Assembly: GCA_002269645.1 (NCBI GenBank)
Contig: NIVC01000909.1
Coordinates: 180,258 to 244,257 of the forward strand
DNA from: Macrostomum lignano
Taxonomy: Eukaryota
DNA: 64,000 nt
Reading direction: 5' to 3'
The notes beneath the pieces were generated by a model, which did no database searches, was not told where the DNA came from, and saw only the letters and a list, made by a program, of their open reading frames with translations. The position numbers and the translations under genes are program-made. Position 1 is the first letter of the stretch; each line of letters starts with the position of its first letter. Of the stretch, positions 33,383 through 43,809 are shown piece by piece.

Positions 33383-36300
33383 TCATACAAACGACTCTTC
33401 GTAAACAAAGTAGCACACGGGATTGGCAATGGGCTCCGTGGCGCTGTCCTGATTCGCCTGACATTCAATCAGATCGTCCGTCTGCGTTGCTCCGTCCGCG
33501 TATTCAACCACAGCGCTGGTCTTGCTGCTCGCTGGCGGGCTGATGTTGAACCCGACGCCACTGGCTCCGCCGCCGCCACTGCCTCCACCTGTGCCGCCAC
33601 CTGGACTGGAGCCGCTGTACAGATGCTCTAGACCGAAGCCGCTGCTCTGACTGATGACACTTTGCGACGGGCTCGGCGTCCTCTCGTGACCGTTAGCCGA
33701 CGAGTTGCTGGAATCGGCGCTTGGTCGCTGCTTGTTGACTCGGCTCCACACGGACTCGACAGTTAGCGATTCGCGCTTTGCCGTCCGGCCGCATCTGGGA
33801 CTCGTCTGGCCGCTGACGTCGCCCTGCGAGCCCTGCGACACTTCGCTGCCCTCACGGTCAAAACCGCCCCCTGTGCTGCTTCCGCCGCCACCGCCGCCGC
33901 CACCGCTAGATGAAGCTGCGGCTTTGTCCAGACGGAAGCCGCTGGTGCGCGAGAAGCTGAAGCCGCTGCAGGAGGAGCCGCTCTCCCGGCGCGGACTCTC
34001 CTCAATGGTGTAGATGCTGAGCCGATGGTCCTGGCTGTTGTTGAAGTCAATCAGCGTGTCGTTGACCAGCAGGCTCGGTCGTCGGTGCGGCTCTGGACGA
34101 TTTCCGCTGACCGTGTTCCGGCGGGTCATGCCGCAGGCCGGATGGCTGGCCTGTCTGATGGGGTGGTGGAACAGCGCCGATTCTTTCATGCGCGAACTGA
34201 CGTGCGGCCCGGAATCGTCGAAAGCGTCCGAGTCGCTGATGTCAGTGACCGAGGACGTGGTGTCCTTGACTCCAGTAGACGACTGGTCTGTGGCGAGCCA
34301 GTCGCGGATCTTTTTTGACTTTCTAGTCCGACGTCGTTGCCAGAGCTTTACTTCGATTTTCTCGAATATCGCCGGTAGACTGTTGGTTCGAGATTTTCTC
34401 TTCTTAGCAGGCTGGTCCGGCTGTTGCTGCTGTTGGCTTTCTTGATCGTCGTCTTCGCAGATGATTGCGTCTGGATCTTCCTGATGATGACGCTGATGTT
34501 GCTGCTGATGATGGTGCTGATAGGCAGTTGAACTAGCCGAAGCCTGAGATGGATGGTACTGCTGCTGCTGCTGTTGCTGGTGCTTCTGCTGCTTCTGTAT
34601 TATCTTCAAACTGCTCTGCCTGCGATGCAAGGGCTGGTGATGATGATGGAAGTACACACCGGAGCTCAAGCCCGGATCTTTGCTGTCGATGCTGCAGCCT
34701 CCGCCGCCGCTGCCTCCGCCACCGCCGCCGAGAGTTGAAGCTGCTGCAGCTGCAGCCGCCGCTGCTGCCGATGTGAGATTCGATCCGCCCTGTCCACCGT
34801 CAACTCTATCGGTCATATCGGTGGATCTGAGAAGATAATCGGAGTTGAAAGGGACTTTGTGTTTAAAGTTTTCTGTTGAACTTTTGTTTAGAGGGTAGCT
34901 GATTGGAAAGTCAAATTATGGGTCATAGGGTACAGTACCTCGGTGAACTGTGTACGTAGCCCGATAGTTGTCTGATTAAAAACTATGTGTCTATACAATG
35001 AACGGGACAAAAATCCGATAAAATGTCAATTTTAGTCTTTTATATCGACAAAGTATCCACCTGGTATCCGTGGACGCGCACGACAGTCGCTGATCGGTGC
35101 GATTACAGGTGTACCCACTTGACGACGACAGAAACGAGAATCGCCGACTGCTCGATCGTCGACTACTCAGCCGGCGTCGCCAGGAAGCAGAGTGGCCGCC
35201 CGGCAGCAGCTCCTGGTAAGCCGATGCGCCGTCGTCCTCTGACGACTGGCGACTGTCGGCTCGCGACCGTTTTAGGGCGTCCATTGGGGACAGAAACGAG
35301 CCGGAGCGACTGGAAAAGAAGCTGGGCGAACGGCTGGAGCTGTAGGGCGATTCCGGCGGAGTACCCGATGAACCAGTGTAGTTGGTGTCCTGAAGTTCGG
35401 GGATTAGCAGTTGAAGTCATAAAACATCTAGTAAACATTGGACGGACGTGTAATGTAAGAGCCACATTGTCTGTTCATCACAATCATACTCGTACAAATT
35501 AGAAAGCAGTATAGTGCGCTACAAACTATTGGAAGTAGTTTTAACAAACTTATTGAAGTTAGTTTGCAATCCTCACCTGAATGCTTACTCGCAGGTGCCT
35601 CGACGCCTTAATAAGCTGAGTAACCGACTGCCGTCTGCTATTCCAATAATCCAACGACTTTCTCTTGCAATAATGCCTCGTTAACAACTTCCGAAATGCT
35701 CGTCGAAAGTCTTTGTTCAAGCACGGATAGATGATCGGATTCAGGAAGCTGTTGCAGTAGCCCAGCCACACGAAGTACTTCATCAGGGTGTCCGGCACTC
35801 GACAGGAGTAACAGACGCCGTGCAGCAGGTAAGTGAAGAAGAACGGACCCCAGCAGAAGACGAAAGCGCCAACAACAATGCCGAGAGTTTTAGCGGCTTT
35901 CGTGTGCGAGCCGAGACGTCTGAGGCGTTGAGCAACCGGATTCTTGGCCAGCAGCTTGGGCCGCCTGCCGCTCTGGCGTCGCTGCTGAGCGAGGGCGGCT
36001 GCGTGCGACGACGACGCAATCGCGATGCTGTCTCCTGCGGCGGGTGGATCGGATTAATTTTGAGTTAAATGCATTGTTGCAGCATAGTTTGAAGTATAGA
36101 CAACCATTTCTCTTTGTAGCACTCTCAAATACGAGCGTAGTGTGAACTTTGCTGATGAGACCGCTTTTGAACTCTCTGAGTTCAAATCAGAGACTTGATC
36201 GTTGGCTCCGACATTGAAATCTCTATTTCCTAAGCCAGGAATGTCTTGTCATCCGCAAATAATTTATAAAAGAAAATACTCAAAAATACGCCCAAATTAA

Positions 36301-37353
36301 AGCGGACTGGAACTTGGGTTTTCGTAACTGCCAGTCCTGTTAAAAATTGATAGTCAACATGAACTCACCTGAAGACACAGACCCCTTAGGCGAACTCTTA
36401 AAAGCCGGCACTCCGATGCCTGTGAAACTGGCGCAGGAGTCTCGCTGAAGGATTAACGCGGGCAAATTGTGAGGCCGATTTGGATGCTGTTGTTGTTGCT
36501 GCTGCTGCTGTTGTTGTTGCTTCAACAGAAGCGGCCTACCAGATGCTGATTGCAAACAGGGACTGTGATTTAGCGACATCTCAGACCCGCTATCGGCGTA
36601 CATATCGTTGTTCAAGTGGCTGAAACCAACCGACTGACCGCGCTGTATCTTCCTTCTCTGTTTGTTGGCTATTTTGAAAATCAGCCGATATAATACCAGC
36701 ATGATGCAGAGCGGTATGAAGAAACTACCGCAGGCTGAGAACACTACAAACGCGGATCGCTTAGCCAGTAGGCACTGATTAGATTGGCGCTTCTCAATGC
36801 CAACTCCAAACAGTGTGGGAGTGCTGATGGCCAGAGAGGCGGCCCAGATTCCCGTGATGGTGATGCAGGACCGCTTAGCAGTGGAGTACTGCGGATAGAG
36901 CATGGGCTGCGACAGTGCTCGGTACCTATCAAAACTGATGGCGCACAGATTGATAATTGACGCTGTACAACAGGTGATATCGGCGCTAATCCACATCCTG
37001 CAGAGGGCCTGTCCCAGGAGCCAACGGGTTGCGATTTCATACACGGCTGATATTGGCACAACCGCGATTCCAATGGCCAGGTCCGCCACTGCAAGGCTCA
37101 CCACGTAGTAGTTACTGGGCAGCCTTAAGCGCCTTTCGTAGAACACGGCTAGAACGACCAGACTGTTGCCAAACACTATGATGAAGATGAGCAGAACCAG
37201 CAGCACAGTCAGCGGCACCACTCTGCCGTGGGTGTCCCAGTCGGCTGTAGGAAAAGACGTCGGAGACACCGTTGCCAACGAACTACTGTTGCTAGCCAAA
37301 GTCCAATAGTCCGCCATGATTCTTACTGAGATCGAAGCCAAAAATCTTCTCAT
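33383..37353 (-). CDS. Aminergic class A GPCR (alpha1-adrenergic/octopamine-alpha-like), 4 exons: 37353-36369, 36034-35589, 35389-35061, 34826-33383 (1067 aa; 1055 aa from Met at 37317)
   Basis: TM1 GNSLV, TM2 SLAVAD, TM3 ADITCCTASI (Asp3.32) and DRY, TM5 FSACGSFFIP, TM6 KAAKTLGIVVGAFVFCWGPFF, TM7 WLGYCNSFLNPIIYPC. Exons 3-4 join in frame through GT-AG sites but their linkage is less certain than the 7TM exons. Confidence 0.9.
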
Positions 37354-37743
37354 TCATCTCATTCCCTCAAAAATGCTCTTTTTATATGAGCAGCAAAAGA
37401 GGCAAAAATTAATGAGATTCTTGAGCACTATTCACAGGGGTCATTCAACCGGCTGGAAGCTTTGATTGAATGCAATTTTTGTTCCATTGTTTGCATCAAA
37501 TGCTGCACGATTCAATCTACCATGAAGAGTTGCTGAGACAGACGCTAATCACGACCAACATGGCACATTGGGCATCATGCACCTGCTTCACCTCTAGACA
37601 GACGTTGGAGTGGACCAGATATGGGATTCGGATGAATTGGAACGCGAAGAAATTCGGATGGTGTATCGTCCTAATATGGTAAAGATATTTATGTTTGCAA
37701 TTACTCTGTCATTTTGTAAAGTGAGAATAGATATTGGAGCACA

Positions 37744-37810
<67 letters not shown>

Positions 37811-37825
37811 AAGACAGGCAGACAC
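37744..37825. repeat. (GACA)n microsatellite
   Basis: Direct reading. Confidence 0.95.
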
Positions 37826-38023
37826 TAAGACAGACACTAAGACATACCGGAAGATCTAGTTCGACGACTTTAAATAAAAAACAAGTAAAAAAATGCGGAT
37901 TTTGATAATTTTATTTGAGAATATTTTAGCTATCATAAAAGTGCAAAATCCAACGTTCCGATGCAGGCTTGCAATAGAACTAACAAAAACAGTTCCCATT
38001 GCAAGACAAAAATTAGAGTCAAG

Positions 38024-40756
38024 CTAAAGCTCGCCCCTGCTCCTCAGAACCATCTTCAGCAGCACCAGGTGCAGCCGTGGGTCCTCCGTGAGCTCCGGAT
38101 GAAAGCTGCAGGCCAGGATTCGATCCTGGGCCACCGCAACGGGATAAGAGTTGACCGTGGCGAGTACGCGAACGGACTCTGGCTTGTCGATGCTGAGTAT
38201 TTTTGGCGCTCGAATGAACACTCCAGGAAAATATTCTGCAGAATCGGTTAATTGGGTATTGATTTAAATTTAGAAGCATACCGGTATTCGCTTAAGTTAA
38301 CTGATGTTTATTGTGATATACGAGCTTATGTCCCATATTTAGATTACGAATTAAGGAGTCAGGCGCCAGATAAGGAACTGAGCTGAGGTGCCATAAGGCG
38401 CCAGACGAAGAAGTGAGGCGCCAGATGAGAAATTTAAGACGCCAGATGAAGAATTAGGGCGCCAGATGAGGAAGTGAGGCCCCATATGAAGTGAGGCGCC
38501 AGATGAGAAATTAAGGCGCCAGATGAGGAAGTGAGGCGCCAGATGAGGAATTAAGGCGCCAGATGTGAACTTGAGGCGCCAGATGTGGAATTGAGGCGCC
38601 AGATTAAGAATTAGGGCGCCAGATGAGGAAGTGAGGCGCTAGATGAGAAAGTGAGGCGCCACATGAGGGATTGAGGCGCCACATGAGGAATTGAGGCGCC
38701 AGATGAGGAATTAAGGCGCCAGATGAAGAAGTGAGGCGCCAGATAAGGAAGTGAGGCGCCAGATGAGGAATTGAGGCGCCAGATAAAGAATTAATCTAAT
38801 TTGCTATTTGAAACCGCTCCATACTCTCACCATTACAGTCGGAAATGTCCTCAACAGGTTTGAGTTCGATTTGACACTCAAAACTTTCTCTTTGCCTTCC
38901 ATAAAAGTTTCGGTCGGTTGTGACTGCCAGTCCTTGGATCTGTAAGCGAGAGTTCAGCATTTAGTGTTGCATTTTAATTGGAAAAAAATAACTATGAATA
39001 AACTGATATCAGATTGTATTTGCACCCATAGGTAGTTGGCTATGCCTAATTTAACCTTTCTTGCCCCAACGCGCTTGTATCCAAATTGTAATGCGATAAT
39101 TAATGCAATTCTTTAGTTAGTTGGATAAACACGTTTTCGGTTAGCCGTTTCGTCAGGTAGCACCAGCGCGAGGCACCTGTGCATTCTTAATTACATTCTT
39201 ACTTAGTTGATAAGGTTGTAGTGTCAGCCCCAGTTAAACAGTTCTATAATCGGGTCGGCAGATCTCTTTGATGTTTTATAAAACTAGATTGACTTTCAAA
39301 TCTACACAGTGTAGCTATTTTACATATACTTGAACAGAAGTTTCCGAGAGACTTTTATTCCTGCAACGTGTCTCCACATGGGTTTAGATTAAATTAATAA
39401 TAATGAGAAAACCAATGTGGAAAATTTCGTCAAATGGTAAAAAGTAGTCATGAGCGTAATTTCAAATTTAAATTGAAGTAAATACTTTAGACTGATACTA
39501 GTGTAAAAAATTAAGAGGAAAAAGCATAATTAAGTAAGTTGTAATGAATATTTTTTGCAATCAGATGATCAAAATAATGCAACACGGTTCCCCCAAAGAC
39601 TACTCAAGTTGGACGGGTAACCTCGTTTCTTGGAAAATTTTAGGAGGCAGGTTTTCCGAAAAAAATTACGGATAGGAGATTTTCATTTCTTTAGCACAAA
39701 CTTGTTATTGCTTTTTATAGGAGGCAGATCCAGTGCTCATCGTAAGTACAGTCCTTGGATTCCCCCAGGTATTTGAATATACGTGATTTTTCTTAGAAAC
39801 ACTTCACTTTAAAACAACAGGTACTCGTACAGTTACTTTCCGATACTGACCTGTCTTAACAAGGCATCATTCATCAAATTTATGATTTAAAAATATTTAT
39901 TAAAATCCAACTTTCAAAGCATGCACACAGTTACTTTCCGAAATGACGAATAACTGACGAAAAGGTTTTCGATGAAATGACCGTCCACCTTTCGCTGACC
40001 CCTTGAGCAAGGATTGAGAAAGCCTTTGTCGTCAAAGAATTCGAACCAAAATTACTCTTACCAAAGTCTGACCGCCAGTTTTCATATCGACCACTCGATC
40101 TGACAGAGCAATGAGGCCGGCACAGATGCCCCAGACAACCGCTCTGGGGTTGGTCTCTGCAGTTCAGTGCAGGTAGCATACATGGATGTCAGTGAAGCTT
40201 ACATGTAGCTTGTTACTCTTTTAAAAAACTGATCTGAGTTCTTTTCTACGTATAGAGTGGAAATTTTTTCTGCTGTTTCAAAACAGTGGAAATTATGGAC
40301 ATGTCTATGCTAAGAAATGTTTCTGAAATCTGTACCTGAGACTCGTCAAAGCCTAAAGACGTGACTGAGAGTAATAATAGTACAGCGCCCAACTCTAGAG
40401 CTAAGCTAGGTAAATTCCTATATTTTTGCGCTACTAAAATTATTTGCAACCTTGCCCATAGCATTTAAAGTACACTTGCCGCTGAACCAGACTTTGTATG
40501 CATCAAGCAGTCCATTTTGTTGCATAAACTTTGCCACTGTGGTGCTCTCTCCGCCCGGGATGATGAGCGCGTCAAGGTCCTCAGTGAGCTGGTCGCCCCT
40601 GCGGACTTCGATTGCTTCAACTGAGTAGCAATCCTTCGAGTTCTGCTTCTTCTGCCGTTGCTCTTGCTGAAGCTGTTCAACAGCCGACTCCAGCAGATTC
40701 CTGTGCTCAATGAATGCACCTTGAATTGCTAGCAATCCGATCTTTAGTTGAGGCAT
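38024..40756 (-). CDS. PDX2: PLP synthase glutaminase subunit (PDX2/SNO/PdxT), 4 exons: 40756-40480, 40156-40062, 38939-38831, 38235-38024 (230 aa)
   Basis: IGLLAIQGAFIEH, LIIPGGESTT, VWGICAG (catalytic Cys), DRNFYGRQRESF, GVFIRAP, SFHPEL (catalytic His and Glu). Frame is open across all junctions if intron 1 uses a GC donor. Confidence 0.95.
38356..38790. repeat. About 20-bp minisatellite GAGGCGCCAGATGAGGAAGT/TT in PDX2 intron 3
   Basis: Direct reading. Confidence 0.92.
39593..39745 (+). mobile_element. Diverged arm of the fold-back/MITE family at 62449-63146
   Basis: Shares GGACGGG..AACCTCGTTTCTT.GAAAATTTT and ATAGGAGGCAGATCCAGTGCTCATC with 62470-62605. Confidence 0.7.
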
Positions 40757-41425
40757 GGCTCCGCGTTCTCCGAAAACTCTGCTCAGATGTTTGCTCTTCG
40801 GGTTCTGTCGGATGGAAAAGTTTCTCTCACTTTCTCACGATTAAAATTTAAGAAGCAGACTTTGTGAGATTGGCAGGTTAAGTCAACACGCGGTCCTCCG
40901 TCGGAATTCTTGGGACCTGTGGCTGGCTAACTTTCCTGTCCTCTCAGCTGGCTGGGGCTGGGCGATTTGTCTGCGTGTTGTGCACCGCTCGGTACAGAAG
41001 GCTAATAACTGTTCACTCCCGGTGAAATTCTCTGCCTCTGCGGAACGCATATTACAGACAACCTCAGCTCCCTCAATTTTTTCTATTATTTGCTCGCTAG
41101 TTCGTTAGCACTCGCACCCAGCACAGTAGCCAGGTGTAAAGATAGGCTGCATTTAGTTGCAGAGTTTCCCACGTTTTCTCTCGGTGGGGGAGAGGGCAGC
41201 CCTGTTTGTACAGTGCGAAAGTTTGCTCAGCCCCTTGACATTTGCAGACCCAATGAGCTGCGAGACAGGCCAGAAACGCTAAAACTTTTGCGCTGATGCA
41301 CGGCTAGTCTTTAAAGAGGCGGCACATGCGCTAGGCGAGAGTCGCTGCTACTGCATTCGATATTCGTTTCGTGTCGTTAGTTTAGACTTCACCTTTATCA
41401 TCAGCTTCACCTTATTCCCGGAACA
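40757..41425. promoter_or_regulatory. Putative bidirectional promoter/5'UTR region between PDX2 and PDX1
   Basis: 669 bp between divergent ATGs, free of repeats; inferred from geometry, no core elements assigned. Confidence 0.6.
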
Positions 41426-42904
41426 ATGACCAGCAACGGCGATTCAGTGATTGGCACCTACACGGTAAAGACTGGCCTTGCCAAGATGACCAAAGGAGGA
41501 CTCGTCATGGATGTTGTAAATGCGGAGCAGGCAAAGATTGCTGAGGAAGCGGGGGTAAGATGGTAGTGCAGTATTTATAAAAGATTTCATATGGTTTTAG
41601 CAAATCTATGGTCGACTAATTTCTATCCACCGTTACGTTGCAGGCGTGCGCAGTGATGGCTCTGGAGCGAGTGCCGGCTGACATTCGCAAGCAGGGCGGC
41701 GTCGCTCGAATGACGGATCCAAAGCTGATCAAAGAGATCATGAGCGCCGTCACAATTCCGGTGATGGCCAAAGCCAGAATTGGCCACTTTGCTGAGGCGC
41801 AGATTCTGCAAGCTATCGGAGTTGACATGATCGACGAGTCGGAGGGTTAGTTGCGTCATATGACCTTATCCTGTACATCCCTGTAGCAAATAGGCGTTAG
41901 GCAAAGAAGCAAAAATAAATTCAAAGGGCCGACACGGAGCGTGTGCATGGAACTTTATCGGCGTAAATCTTACGAAAAGCCTCACGCCATATTTCGATCT
42001 GAACCATTATCCAAATCCACCACTAATCGAGTCACCACTTTTAACCGTTGAAAAAAATGTGATCCATCGTCACAGTTCTAACACCAGCCGATCCAGAGAA
42101 CCACATTGACAAGCACAGTTTCAAGATCCCGTTCGTCTGCGGCTGTCGGAATCTCGGCGAAGCGCTGCGTCGCATCGCGGAGGGCGCAGCCATGATGCGC
42201 ACCAAAGGCGAGGCCGGTACCGGCAACGTCATCGAGGCGGTGCGTCACGCTAGGGCGTTGAATCGGGAGATGCGCGCGGCTAAAGTGATGGACGACGACG
42301 AACTGTACTCATATGCTAAGCAGCTGCAGGTGCGCGGAATTTGGTTCTTGTGACTGGAGGCGAACTAACTCTATGCAACAAGGGGCAAAGATTGATGCTG
42401 GAGTAATCTCTGCGCAATCCCTTGGGAACTCTTTGGGATAAGTCTCTGATTAATCCCTAAGCAATCTCTGAAGAATATCTAAAGAAGCTTTTGAACAATA
42501 TCTATATGATTTCTAGTAGCGCAATATGTATTTCGTAAATCTCATCAACCTATATTGGACTACTATTTCAACCCCTCAAGGTGCCTCACGGCCTACTCAA
42601 AGAAGTGAAGCGTCAGGGCCGCCTGCCCGTAGTGAATTTCGCCGCCGGCGGTCTGGCCACCCCGGCCGACGTGTCGATGCTGATGCAACTCGGCGTGGAC
42701 GGTGTGTTCGTCGGCTCTGGCATCTTCAAGAGCGCCAATCCGCAGAAGCGCGCCGAGGCTATGGTGCAGGCGGTGACGCACTACAGAGATCCGGAGTTTC
42801 TGGCGCGAGTTAGCGAAGACCTGGGCGAAGCCATGATCGGCATCGACTGCGACGAGCTGATCAAAGGTCAGCTGTGGGCCGGCCGCGAGAGCCAGCGCAA
42901 CTAG
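41426..42904 (+). CDS. PDX1: PLP synthase subunit (PDX1/SNZ/PdxS), 4 exons: 41426-41554, 41644-41845, 42076-42329, 42581-42904 (302 aa)
   Basis: [33 protein letters not shown] (K81 equivalent), [35 protein letters not shown] (K149 equivalent), [27 protein letters not shown]; GT-AG introns, intact frame. Confidence 0.98.
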
Positions 42905-43809
42905 GCCATGCTTACGGAGTGGCGAATTGTTGGAACTCCATCTTGTTTTTCCTTTGTTACTTTCGTAGCGGAAGTTTCCTACGGTTTACCCATTCATTAC
43001 TCATTTTTTCTTTCGTATAGTTGAAGTCGCTTTTATAGTTCTGAAATTAATGCCCATGCAGATAAGACCTTTTTGTAGACCGATTCGGGCAATATCAGAT
43101 AAACTTGCAGTAACTGATTATACAGAAACATTATCTACAATAAACTATCCCATCCCCGTGAAAGATTCTCATTTGGTATCAATAGAAGGTCAAGGCGTTT
43201 TACAGTAATAAACATTTAAAATACAAAAGCCGTCAAGTAAATGTTTTACTAGAGACTTTCATCTTTAAAAGTTGGCCTCTACATTTCTTTTTTACAGTTA
43301 TTTACTTTTGCATCACATCGACGTTCAACCGATATATGACGAATTTGCGCGACGTACAGGTATACATATACATGCGATGAAGTCATAATTTTTTATTGTC
43401 CAAGAAGCCAAGCTTTTCCTGCCGAGATTTGTCGGCGCGAAATAAGGTTTTCCAGGCAATGCTTTTTTACTGCAGCGCATTTTTCCACGCGACAGAGCTA
43501 GATTTTCTCTTGCCCCCCATTTGCTTAGTACAATACATCCGTAAGTCTTAATAAAAGAGATTTACCCGATCAAAACGTTTCGATGATAACTGCTGAATAT
43601 AAAAAGCATATTTTTGTAGGTTTTCATTTCTTTTTAGGGTTAGCTGGGGAACCGGGTACATGTACACATATTTCTCAATACACATACATTAGGATTGGGG
43701 TACACGTATAACAGATGTACAATCACATACAGAGGTGCATCTGTGAAAGATTAATTCATGCATCTGTAATGTTGCTTTGTCCCCTAAATCTCTTTTTTAA
43801 GACTTACGA

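Noticed and set aside
33383-34816. Independent 477-aa single-exon gene
   Set aside because: An acceptor 10 nt upstream of its Met joins in frame to the GPCR exons; treated as the receptor tail.
38024-42904. Bacterial contamination or recent HGT of a pdxST operon
   Set aside because: Both genes have spliceosomal introns with host repeats, are divergent rather than co-directional, and PDX2 has eukaryote-type motifs.
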